A program made the position numbers and the translations under genes. A DNA stretch of 64,000 nt from NCBI RefSeq assembly GCF_009914755.1, contig NC_060935.1; one strand, given 5' to 3'. How positions within the stretch are numbered: position 1 is the first letter of the stretch; each line of letters opens with the position of its first letter. Origin of the DNA: the human T2T-CHM13v2.0 reference genome, Homo sapiens. The notes beneath the pieces were generated by a model. It was not told the DNA's origin and searched no databases. It saw only the letters and a program-made list of their open reading frames with translations. Positions 1 to 12,850 of the stretch are shown here, one piece after another.

Positions 1-1179
1 GATCTGGAGGAAGAGCTGCAGGAAGCGGGAGGAGAACGGCCAGGGAAGAGGAAGGTCAGGAGTGACTAGGGTGAGGAAAACATGGGCCCAGCTGGAGCAG
101 GCTCGGCAGGACAGTGCCCACGAGAAAGGCCCACGCGGGAACGGACCTACTCTGGCCACGCTGCAGGGGCTGAGCGGGGGCAGTGGGTGGGTGCGGGGGG
201 CTCCAGGCCTGGACGGGCTGAAGGTGGCGCCTGTGCTGAGGGTCAGGCCTGAAGGGCAAGAGGTGGACATGAACCTGGAGCACCAGCAGCACGAGGGCTT
301 TGGGCCTCAGCTTCCAGAGTGTGGGGCAGCCACCTGCGGACACGGGGGAGAAGCCGGGAGGGTGGCCCGAGAGCTCCACCTTGGGCACACGGAGTCCGGA
401 GTGCCCACGGAACACCTGGGGAGGCCATGTGGCCATGGTCCGTACCTAGGGATCTGGGGTGGAGCTGAGTGGTCGGCTCAGGCTGGGGCCAGCACATGGG
501 TGTTTAGACCCACAGGGATGCAGAAGTCACCGGGATGTGTGGGCAGAGAGGGGAGGAGGGCTGAGGACCAGACCCCTTGGCATCCCACTGGGGCCCCAGG
601 AGACAACAAGGGGAAGCAGCGAGGGGACGCAAGCAGGGAACCACCTGTGTGGCCGCCCAGAAGCCAAGAGAAGCAGGAAACAGGGGCTGAGCTACCTGGC
701 CCAGTGAGGAGGCAGGAATGTTTCCCACCACTGGAGCTGCGCCACAGAAGGCTGGGTGAGCTCACGTGGAGGAAACAGGCTGCCTGTGGTGGGCTCCAGG
801 GTGCGGGAGAGGACCAAGGGGGGCCAGAGGCGTGGGCAACGCCAGGGCCACCTCCAAGGCCCAGCCAGCTCTGGAGCTTGAACTGTGTGAGGTGGAGTGC
901 CCTGCGGTCACCAGGCCCTGCCAGGAGGTGGCGGCTGAGGACGGGTGATGGCACTGGCTGGCCTGGTGGCAGCTGGCACAGGAATGCATGGGCTTACGGG
1001 AGTTCACTGGGTGGGCAGAGGGATCGGCCACACCAGCACAGTAACAGCTGCACAAGCAAGGGTCTGAGACACGCCGCGAGGAAGGGGTGACGGTGTAGCT
1101 GTGCTCACCACACCATGAAGCCCCTGAAAGCAAGTCTTATTTGTGAGGTCCACGGCGATTCTTCTGCCTGCTGTATTTG

Positions 1180-2771
1180 TGCATTTCTATGAAAGCCGTG
1201 TGGCTCACAGTGTGTCTCCTTTCCCTGCATTTCTACGAAAGCCCGCGTGGCTCACAGTGTGTCTCCTTTCCCTGCATTTCTACAAAAGCCCGCATGGCTC
1301 AGTGTGTCTCCTTTCCCTGCATTTCTATGAAAGCCGTGTGGCTCACAGTGTGTCTCCTTTCCCTGCATTTCTACGAAAGCCCGCGTGGCTCACAGTGTGT
1401 CTCCTTTCCCTGCATTTCTACGAAAGCCCGCGTGGCTCACAGTGTGTCTCCTTTCCCTGCATTTCTACGAAAGCCCGCGTGGCTCACGGTGTGTCTCCTT
1501 TCCCTGCATTTCTACGAAAGCCCGCATGGCTCAGTGTGTCTCCTTTCCCTGCATTTCTACGAAAGCCGCGTGGCTCACAGTGTGTCTCCTTTCCCTGCAT
1601 TTCTACGAAAGCCCGCGTGGCTCACGGTGTGTCTCCTTTCCCTGCATTTCTACGAAAGCCCGCGTGGCTCACGGTGTGTCTCCTTTCCCTGCATTTCTAC
1701 GAAAGCCCGCGTGGCTCACGGTGTGTCTCCTTTCCCTGCATTTCTACGAAAGCCCGCGTGGCTCACGGTGTGTCTCCTTTCCCTGCATTTCTACGAAAGC
1801 CCGCGTGGCTCACGGTGTGTCTCCTTTCCCTGCATTTCTACGAAAGCCCGCGTGGCTCACGGTGTGTCTCCTTTCCCTGCATTTCTACGAAAGCCCGCGT
1901 GGCTCACGGTGTGTCTCCTTTCCCTGCATTTCTACGAAAGCCCGCGTGGCTCACGGTGTGTCTCCTTTCCCTGCATTTCTACGAAAGCCCGCATGGCTCA
2001 GTGTGTCTCCTTTCCCTGCATTTCTACGAAAGCCGCGTGGCTCACAGTGTGTCTCCTTTCCCTGCATTTCTACGAAAGCCCGCGTGGCTCACGGTGTGTC
2101 TCCTTTCCCTGCATTTCTACGAAAGCCCGCGTGGCTCACGGTGTGTCTCCTTTCCCTGCATTTCTACGAAAGCCCGCGTGGCTCACGGTGTGTCTCCTTT
2201 CCCTGCATTTCTACGAAAGCCCGCGTGGCTCACGGTGTGTCTCCTTTCCCTGCATTTCTACGAAAGCCCGCGTGGCTCACGGTGTGTCTCCTTTTCCTGC
2301 ATTTCTACGAAAGCCCGCGTGGCTCACGGTGTGTCTCCTTTTCCTGCATTTCTACGAAAGCCCGCGTGGCTCACGGTGTGTCTCCTTTTCCTGCATTTCT
2401 ACGAAAGCCCGGGTGGCTCACGGTGTGTCTCCTTTTCCTGCATTTCTACGAAAGCCCGCGTGGCTCACGGTGTGTCTCCTTTCCCTGCATTTCTACGAAA
2501 GCCCGCGTGGCTCACGGTGTGTCTCCTTTCCCTGCATTTCTACGAAAGCCCGCGTGGCTCACGGTGTGTCTCCTTTCCCTGCATTTCTACGAAAGCCCGC
2601 GTGGCTCACGGTGTGTCTCCTTTCCCTGCATTTCTACGAAAGCCCGCGTGGCTCACGGTGTGTCTCCTTTCCCTGCATTTCTACGAAAGCCTGCGTGGCT
2701 CACAGTGTGTCTCCTTTCCCTGCATTTCTACGAAAGCCTGCGTGGCTCACAGTGTGTTTCCTTTTCCTGCA
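1180..2771. repeat. 47-bp minisatellite (VNTR), ~34 copies, TOLLIP intron 2
   Basis: Unit GTGGCTCACGGTGTGTCTCCTTTCCCTGCATTTCTACGAAAGCCCGC. Period 47 (e.g. 1711 to 1758); copies near identical. Confidence 0.97.
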
Positions 2772-3168
2772 GTCTTACAGACGGTTTTCGTGTGATCAAA
2801 ATCGGCATTCAATCTGCCGATTTTGGCTTTCACTTGAAAGACCACTAAGCGACCACGGGCCGGCCCCGAGGCTGACCGAGGGCTGCTCTGTGGGGAGGGA
2901 GGGTGCAGGCACCGGCACTGAGGCCAACAGGAAGCCACTCACGCAGCACACACCAGGTGGCGGGGGTGCCGGCCGCGCCTCCTCCAGCTGCCGGCGGGGG
3001 TCCGGGAGGTGTCCTTGGGCGTACTCAAGCCTGGTGGAAGAGCCAGGCCCTACACAGAGCAGACGCCCACCTACACCCACTACTCATCACTTGAGTTATG
3101 TTTGGTAGAACCCGGGGTCAATGCCAATATCTTTCACACAGATCGTTTTCAACATCACACAGGTTTCA

Positions 3169-3690
<522 letters not shown>

Positions 3691-4183
3691 CTAAAAATGG
3701 GTTCCTGTCCTCAAAGCCTGCTCAGGTGGGTTTTCAGGTCATTTTAAAGGGTCTCCCTTGCACCATGTGTGCCCACGGCTTCTTTCTCCTTGTCCACAGC
3801 TAAAGGCAGGGCCACTGAACTGCAGGTCACTTGGTCAAACGAATGAGACAAAAGCTGAGCCTCAGGTCTAAAGTGATTTGGAAAACCCTCTGCTGATATA
3901 CTTCAAATGTTTCCACATGAAACAGCTGAAATTCAAAAGTATCCCAGAAGAACGCAGGAAGTAAATCGATTCCAAACAACCACGAAAGACCTCCCCACTC
4001 TGCATCCTATGTCTCCTCGACCCTCTGTCCACCACTGCCACTTCTGAGGGGAAGAGAGAGGATGGGCCCAGGCAGGACAATGCCATCCCGAAACCACCCG
4101 CACACCTGCAGCGGCCGAAGGGGCCTGGGGTAAACCATGCTCCACAGGTGAAAGGTCGCTGATGAGGCCCTGAGCATGGGTCT

Positions 4184-4645
4184 GGCTGCTGGTGGAGTGG
4201 GGTGGAGGCCTGGTTGCTGGAGGAGTGGGGTGGAGGCCTGGTTGCTGGTGGAGTGGGGTGGAGGCCTGGTTGCTGGTGGAGGCCTGGTTGCTGGAGGAGT
4301 GGGATGGAGGCCTGGTTGCTGGTGGAGTGGGGTGGAGGCCTGGTTGCTGGTGGAGTGGGGTGGAGGCCTGGTTGCTGGAGGAGTGGGGTGGAGGCCTGGT
4401 TGCTGGTGGAGTGGGGTGGAGGCCTGGTTGCTGGTGGAGTGGGGTGGAGGCCTGGTTGATGGAGGAGTGGGGTGGAGGCCTGGTTGCTGGTGGAGTGGGG
4501 TGGAGGCCTGGTTGCTGGTGGAGTGGGGTGGAGGCCTGGTTGCTGGTGGAGTGGGGTGGAGGCCTGGTTGCTGGTGGAGTGGGGTGGAGGCCTGGTTGCT
4601 GGTGGAGTGGGGTGGAGGCCTGGTTGCTGGTGGAGTGGGGTGGAG
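4184..4645. repeat. 28-bp G-rich minisatellite, ~17 copies, TOLLIP intron 1
   Basis: Unit GGAGGCCTGGTTGCTGGTGGAGTGGGGT, period 28 (4204 to 4232). Confidence 0.95.
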
Positions 4646-5827
4646 ACCCAGCCGTCTGCAGGGGCCCCGGTCAGCACCAGTGCCCTGGGCAGTTGTTTTC
4701 AGGAAATACCGAGTGGAACCTGGAACCCTCGGTGTGTCGGACGTGAGCTTAGGCAAAGTGCACGTGCTGAGGCCGCCAGAACGCCTCTGCCATGCACACC
4801 AGAAACCCGTACCTGCCTGTGCCATGGACTCCCAATGACACGGTGCCAGGCAGGGCTCCAGGAGGTTCTGAGTTAAGCCCTGCACCTGCTGTGCTCTGGG
4901 CGCCTGGCACTTCAAAGGACCCCGAGAGGGTCTAGCTCCTCACCTGTGTCCCCATCTAAGGCCTGGAGCGCACAAGCCAGTCAGCGCTCCACAACCAATG
5001 TGAGTAAACAGAAGGGACCCGGACGATCCAGGCACCGCTTCGAGCAGTTACGGACTCAGGACCCCCAAGTTCGGGAAGCTCTCTGCAGGCTGCACCCCAA
5101 CCTGAGCAGCCAGCATGGCGTGTGCTCAACCGCTCTTCTCTAAAAAGCAAAACACACTTTGTGCGTTTCCCCACACTTTACCCCGTTTTTGACTGGGACA
5201 CGTCACGAGTGACCTTTGCCCTGTGAGAGAAGCCGTACTGCGAGAACAAGCAGAGCACCCCGGCTTCACCTCCGGAGGGTGTGGCATAGGCCAGGGCCCG
5301 GAGGGACCCCCTGCCCTTACGGACAATCGAGGAGGGTGCAGAGGTGCCTGAGCGGAGTGGGCCCATGCCAGGAGTCCCAGGCCAGCCTCCCCCAGGCAGC
5401 CTCTCTCGAGGCGCTGTACAGCTCAACAGCAAGCTCTGGCTCAGGAGGGCGCTGAGAGGCCCCATGGCACGAGATGCTAAGCACCTGTTCCTGTTGGCAC
5501 ACAGGAAACACTGGGGTACAGAAGGCCAGGGCCCTTCGCCTGCCTCCCAGAAGGATTCACAGCCCAGAGCTCTCTCCCCGGGGGACACCTGGCCACACAG
5601 GACGTGCTTCCCTGCCAACCCCACAGGGCCCTGGCACAGCCCATGCCAGCAGGCTCTATGACTAGCTCTGTCTGCTCACCAGGAACGGGTTATCTTGCAG
5701 AAACAGACTCGTGCTAACCAAGTTCTCAGGACTAACATACACAGGCCAAATTCCTGTTTATTTGTGACAACTGCTTCCTGTGTGCCACATGCACAGCTCT
5801 GAGGACATGGCAGGAAAAGCACCGTAT

Positions 5828-5947
5828 CTCCTGGGCACACATGGCAGACAGACAGGCGGCTCGTGCCCTCCTGGGCACACGTAGGGGACAGACAGGTGGC
5901 TCATGCCCTCCTGGCCACACGTGGGGGACAGACAGGCGACTCATGTC
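5828..5947. repeat. Degenerate 40-bp tandem repeat x3
   Basis: CTCCTGG(G/C)CACAC...ACAGACAGG starts at 5828, 5868 and 5908. Confidence 0.8.
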
Positions 5948-8153
5948 CCGGAGACAGCAGCATGGAGAAGCCAGTCGGGGGAGGGTGTGGGTGGTCACAG
6001 GGACGTGTGGGCGTGGGGTCCAGAGGCCTCTGAGGGAGCACTGTGGGTCCCTCGCTGCTCTGGATCCTGGTTGTCCCGGTATTTGAAGGCGTCCAGCGCT
6101 CCATCTCCTTGCTCTGCACTCTTTAGGTGTCCGTTAAAGACAGTGGGACTGCTCATTACTGGGAGAAAATAAAATTATATCCAAAGGCCTAATGATCAAG
6201 TGTCATTTTTCAACAAGGATTTAACCATAAAATGGCAAATAGGAAAAGAGGGTTTTTAAACATAAACCGTGTGGATAGAACACGAAAAGGGGAGAAGCAG
6301 CTCCCTGCGGATGGAGCTCATCAGCCCCACGCAGCCCGGGGACCGCAGCCAGCGCCATGTGGCGGGGCAGGTGCGCGTCCAGCTCCCCGAGATGACACAC
6401 GCCTCACATCTGGGTTTTCTTCCCAAAAACCCACACCCCAATTAAGAGACATCTGACAAAATCCCTGACCAGTCAGTCGTCCTCAAACCGTCAAGGTCCC
6501 AAAAACACAAGGAAAGCCTGAGAGACGGTCCCAGATTGGAGATGGCAGACATGATGGCTAAACGCAAGGCAGGGTGCTGGGACAGCAGGGGACAGTCATC
6601 GAAAAACCAGGACAGCCAAATAAAACCTGGAGCCAACAGTCATGCCCCCAGCTCAGCGCCACAGCTGTGAGAGCTGTTCCCGGGGAGGGGAGCGTCGGCC
6701 AGGGGACATGGGTGAGACACACAGGACCTCTTCGTGCCAGCTTTTCAATTCGTCATAAGACTGAACACTACAAAATTCAAGGTTTTTCAGAAAAATATTC
6801 CATTTAACCTGAAGACAGGAAGAGCAAGAGAGGAGACGGAGACCAGGCTTCAGTCCTGCCCGTACAAATACTGGTTACGCAACCTGCTGCCCCGCCTACC
6901 AGGGAGAGGCGGCTTGCCTGCTGCTGCAATGCCCTCGTTTCTCAACTTAGAGCAAAGCCCTTCAAACGAGGAGGGAGTGCTACCAGTTCATGCTTCACGA
7001 GTCACAGGGGAGAGAGTCCAGGTGCTGAAGTAAACCCTATCGTTTCAGTGACGACACTCGGTCCTTCAGTAAATGTCTATTTTGAATTTATTTTTTAAAT
7101 TCAGTGCTAATCCTAAAATTTATTTTTGCCATATGATGATGGAGGAACTATTTCAATGGTCACATAAAAATATATGCTTTACCCTGGTTCAAAGGCTTGG
7201 AAATATGAAAACAAAAATGATTACTCCCGATACATAATGGATATTTTTCTAGAATTTTGCTTCCATGTACAAGATGCACATACTGAGTTCAACACTAACA
7301 AGTCTAAATGCCCGTGTGAAGGCCAACAATTCCACTTCAGGAGCCAGTCCCCTGTCAATGCTCACTCGGGCACGTGAGCACAGGATGCCTGAGGCTGCGT
7401 CACCTGTGCCGTCAAAACGCCCCGTCCACCAGCCAGGCACATCCACCCAGCGCATCGCCACACGGCCTCACCAGGAGCCGGCGGTCCCTGCCGCGAACAC
7501 ATGGAGACTCGGGGGACGGAGGCGGAGGCGGAGGTGCGGCACGACCTGCTGCAGGGAGCCATAAGGAGGCCTCTGTCGACACCAACTCTGGAGGAGCATT
7601 CAGGAATGGAACTCGAGGGAAACAGGCAGGGAAGATTCTATTTCAATTTATTTATACTTTTATATCCTGCTAGTTATTTTTAGAAACTTTTTAAAAACAT
7701 TCGTGAATTACTTTTAAAATAAAAAGGACAGGGTAGGGCTCTCATCCCACAGAGCTCACAGCATTTTATCTTCTCTGAAAATAAAAGCTACTTTTATAAA
7801 TATTAGTCTGTTTTAAATATAGTTTTAAAATGTAACTTCAAATTTCTTGGAATTGCTGATTCTCCTCCCCCATGTGCCGCTCTCAGAGGATCACGACGCA
7901 AGCCTGTGACTGACGACCATTCCTCCCTCACTGACGCCAGAGCTCTAAACCACTGCAGCGTACCTTTCCACACGAAAGAAAAGAGGTCTCCAACATTCAC
8001 TTCTATTTAAAACAATTTCTCTTCAAGTCTAAGTTTTAGTTTTGGCACAGAAATAAAGTCTTAATTCTTCTTTTTTGTCATGCAATGTGTGTAGTCAATC
8101 CAAAGCTAATTTTTCTTTTTAAGCACACAAATTAAACACCCACTGTGAATATT

Positions 8154-8280
8154 CCTGTTGGTGACACGTCTCCAACGGAGAGAGCCGCTGCTTCCTTGGG
8201 CCACACTTTCTGCCCGACACCTGTTAGGAATACGTTTCCGACTGAGAGTGCCGCTGCTTCCTTGGGCCACACTTTCTGCC
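8154..8280. repeat. 66-bp tandem duplication
   Basis: GCCGCTGCTTCCTTGGGCCACACTTTCTGCC occurs twice; units start at 8154 and 8220. Confidence 0.85.
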
Positions 8281-10197
8281 TTGACAGAGCCCCGGAAGAG
8301 CCCAGCTCAGCCCAGGACGTGGAGTCCTGAACACATGCAGTCCTGGCCTCACGCCTGCCAGGAGACATCACCCCAAGGAGCCGCACCACAGTCGCCCCGG
8401 AAGCACGGCTGGCCACACGCAGGCGGCAGGAGACCAGGGTTTCCTGGCCACTTCCATGACTGGCCCCCTGCGGAGCCTTTTTAAACCTTCTCACCGTTCC
8501 CACCCCATGACGCTGCGAGGCTGTGGAGGTGCTGTTTGTGTCTGTGTGCCACGCATGCACCTGCACTTGGCATGTAAACACTGCAAGCAAGGCTCAACGA
8601 GTCTCAGCGCTAACGCCAGGTTAGCATAACTAAGTCGAACGAAGTTCAATTAAAAACTAAAATGCTTCTAGCACTTCATGACTATGCGCTGAGCAGCGCT
8701 GAGTGTAATTTATTTACATAAATTGTAATGTATCAAATCACACGTAGAAATAAACAACTTATATAAACACAATAAAAAATATCCTTAGTGAACTGAAGCT
8801 TTTGCTTGATGTGAGAAAGTACCTTTTAACTGGCTGGCTGGTATTCTTTCAGCAAACTGACATCATTAGCGATGGGCTAAATACGTTCTGTGGAATTAAA
8901 TCACAAAATGTCGACGATTCTCATTCAATTCTCCAAGCCAGAGTCTCACACCAGCACTGAGGATCCCACACAAACGGCATCCGCGGGCGCCTGCCCACCC
9001 TCCCCACCCACCTCACAGCAGGTCTGAGATCGCACATGTGTCGCGGGCTTCCGAGAACTCCGTATCCATGTGCTGGGACACCCAGAAAACCCAGGGACAA
9101 TGAAATACTAAGGAGCAAGAAATCCAGGAGCTGTGCTGGGGAGGCACACACGGCCGCCAAATCCCAGAAGTTTCCTCCCCCAAGAACCCCTTGTGCCCTC
9201 TCAGGGTCAATATCACCCCCACATTGAGAACAAGCGTCAAGGACTCCTGAAGCCACAAAGCCAGCCCACGGAGGCCCCAACACAGAAGCCCAACTAGTGA
9301 AACTCTGTACCCTGAGCCCTAGGTTTCTCCAGTTCCTAACATGGCCATGATTCAACGTGACTTTCAGAGCTGGGACCCACAGCAGGAAGACCTGGGCTGG
9401 GCTCGTGGCTAAAGGGACAGAGGAAGCTAATGAAACAGAGAGAAATAAATCCCCCGTAGTAGGAACATCTAGGGATATGGGCGGAAGTCAGTCTCAAAGC
9501 CTCTTGGGCGAGGTCTGAGTGTCTGCTAGGAAGGGAGCCCCAGACTCGGTCAGGGCCCCAGGACTCACATAGAACGGCACAGTTGGTCCAGATGAAGCTG
9601 AGAACCTGGAGCCCAGGTCATCACCAGCCTCCCTGCTGTGTCTGAGGGGCTGGCCCTGCCTTGAAGGCCCTGCAAGGGGCCTGCTCCAGGCCACTGTCCT
9701 ACAGGGGATGTCTGCTGCTAGGTTCACACCCAGGTCAGAGCTCAGTCTGGCCCAGGAGAAATGGCCCATCCACCCGATGCCCGCACACCTGTGTGATTCA
9801 CATCCAGATCCGGGCGTGCAAGAGGGCGGGAACGCGCACCAGGGCTGAGACACAGGGCCGTGGGCAGTCAGGACAGACCCTGGGTGGCCCTGGCGGTCCC
9901 TCTGCCCAGCTGACTGACCCCTCAGTGTGCAGGGTTTCAGAGACTGAAGTGCCAGCCTGCACATGCCCCAGGCCTGCACACTCACGGCCAAGAGGGGAGC
10001 CCCGTGGAGGTGAAGGACTCACCGACACTCACTGGTGGCCACTGCCATTGCCCTGTAAGTTTAGCATTTTCCAAAATAAGGCTAGAAGGAAAACTGCAAT
10101 TCCCCATGCCCACTCAGCTGCTGGCTCCCTCACCCACCACCCTTCACAGCACCAGCATCCAAAAGCTGGACCAGTACCTGACCCTGCAGCCCCTGGC

Positions 10198-10302
10198 ACT
10201 CCAGCCAGCCTCGGCCTCACGCTCCACACCAGCCTCCTGACACTCCCCAAAACCCACTCCAGCCAGCCTCGGCCTCATGCTCCACGCCAGTCTCCTGGCA
10301 CT
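10198..10302. repeat. ~59-bp tandem duplication
   Basis: CTCCAGCCAGCCTCGGCCTCA(C/T)GCTCCAC occurs twice. Confidence 0.8.
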
Positions 10303-11346
10303 GGCATGTTCAATAAACAACCCTTGAGCAAATAAGTGGCATTTCATGCAACTGCTCTTGGCAAGGCAGCTCCCACGCCAGTGTGGACGGGCAGTGGTGA
10401 CTTTGTCCCCAGTTCCCACATCCTCCTCCCACTGCCGCTCAGCAGCCCCCTCCCAGGAGCCCTCGCTGAGCACTCATTCGCCGTGCCTTGTCTCCCCTTC
10501 CGGGGCCTTCCTCAGACAGGGCTTTCCTTCCCTCTTCCTATCACCCCCTCCCCTCTTCCTTTAATTATACAAAACACAACAGGCGCTTCAAAGCCAACAT
10601 GCCGGGAGGTTCCCTGGCTCTGCTAAAGTCTCAAAGCAAACACTAGAATTTGTGTAAGGGAAGCTGGGAGATGACAGTATTGAAACGAACCCGTGTAAGC
10701 TGAAGAGCGGTGAAAGGGAAGAGTACAGGACAGAATGAGAATAAGCATAGATTATAAAAGCTGACTACAGAACAAGCGACTTTAAATGGGGTCTCTGCCA
10801 GGAACTCCACTGCAGGCAGCCTTGCATCCTAAGTGCTGGGACGGTCAAGCAAGGCAGAGGCGGAAAACCCCTTCTCATTCAGATGAAACAAAAGCCAGTC
10901 AAGCAGCAGGCCAAGGGCGGACAGAGATCCAGAGAGGGACGGCGTGTGACGTGGCAGGCCCTGGGCGCCGGGCACAGGGCGCGCGCTGCGGCAGCCTCTG
11001 CGTGTCACTGTGTGCCTGAGGCTTCCATGGTGAGGTGCTGGGGCACCCCTGCTCCTGGGATGCTTACACGTGAGTGGAAGAAGACAAACGGGAAGCATCA
11101 TGAGTTATGCTGTATGCTAACGGCAGGAGGCGCTGTGCAAAGAAACAGGGCAAGGCCGGGTGGCAGGGGCACGCTGCACTTCCCACAGGGCAGCAAGGCA
11201 GGCCTCACCAGCACGGTGCCAGGGCAGGGCCCGCAGGATCTGGAGACAGTGACTCAGGGACAGGAAACACTTGCACAGCAGGCCTAACCAGGGGCCTGTC
11301 GGGCAGGTCAAGGGACAGTGTTAGAGGCCCAGATGAACAGAGGTTA

Positions 11347-11653
<307 letters not shown>

Positions 11654-12339
11654 TCAAGTGAACTGGGAGGCAGGCCAGAAGCAGCGTATTCAGAAGGCAG
11701 CAAACAGAGGGCCAAAAACGAAGGAAAGCCGGAGGAAGGGACATCCACTCCCGGGCTGCTCAGCAGCCACTCCAGGAGCCAGGAGAGGGCGGGGTCCCAC
11801 CTTCGAGGCACTGAGGACAAGTGACCGTCCACCGGGAGTACTGTCCACCTGGAGTACCGCCCACCTGGAGTTCCACACACACAAAAATAGCTGTCAGGAC
11901 ACAGAGAAAAGGCATGTACAAGCAAAAATCAAGTTTGCCAGCAAGGAAAATTCTAGATGAACCTGAAGCTAAAGGAAAGTGACCCCAAATGGAAGGCCCG
12001 AGACACCAGAAGGGATAAGAAAAGAGAAACACAGAAGGAAATCTAAACAAGCGCTGACTCGAGAGAAGTAACACATTCCTGCGGGAGCCCCAAGGGGAGG
12101 TAGCACCCACACAAGGCACAGCAGCACCCGCGCCAGGACGGGGCGGCCGAGGTCTCCGCGTGGATCCGGAGGTGGCACAGACAATGATTAACTTCTTCTT
12201 TATTTATTCTTTAGCCGGGCAGCCTCCGGAGCCAGAGTTCACTCAGAGACTCCCTCATGGCAGAAGCTGATAAGTGCATGTTACCATTTCCAGGGGAGCC
12301 CCTGTACTTTCCCAGCACAGTGTGTATGTACTTGAGATA

Positions 12340-12850
12340 AAACAACTGAATTTTTTAAAACTCCATTTAATAAATTCAAAAGGCAATGAGAGAAAAAAAA
12401 TAAGAAAATGTAGGACAAATAAAAGCACCAAAGAAAACATGTAAAAAATCTGTAAATCTGTGTATCCATCTAGGCATCTCTTAACTAGAAAGATGAAACT
12501 AGCGCATTCCCATCAAAAGACTTAGTCTTCTTAGATTTGACTTTTTAAAAATCCAGCTACGTGCTATCGATGGTGCACGTGTCTTAAACAAAAGTTTTCA
12601 GAAAAATGTAAAATCATAGAAGGAAAAAGTACTAGGTGAATACTCTCTAAAAGACAGCTGGAGTGGCCATGCCAGTATCAGACAAAATAATCAAAGGCAA
12701 GAGGCCTTTATCTTCCAAGAGGCCCGTGGGTCCCCACACAGTGAAAAGATGTGATTTCCAGGCAAGCACAGCAATTCCACACCTGTACAGACTCACAACC
12801 CGGCCTAAAAAATCCAGCGCAAAGGTTCACAGGAACCCAGAGAGAAAGGA
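12340..12850 (+). mobile_element. Ancient L1 (L1M) fragment, ORF2 endonuclease region
   Basis: A-rich. GCTGGAGTGGCCATGCCAGTATCAGACAAAATA encodes AGVAMPVSDKI, resembling the L1 ORF2 motif AGVAILISDK. Confidence 0.55.

Noticed and set aside
62-1090. 342-aa plus-strand ORF
   Set aside because: GTG start, GC-rich intronic antisense sequence, low-complexity composition and no recognisable domain.
1180-2771. CRISPR-like array
   Set aside because: Direct tandem units with no unique spacers, no cas genes, and human DNA.
1143-3108. Three long plus-strand ORFs (487-643 aa)
   Set aside because: They arise because the 47-bp unit has no plus-strand stop in any frame. The peptide is purely periodic, antisense to TOLLIP, and the starts are non-ATG.
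3868-4915. Pro/Gln-rich and Gly/Trp-rich ORFs
   Set aside because: Translations of the 28-bp VNTR.
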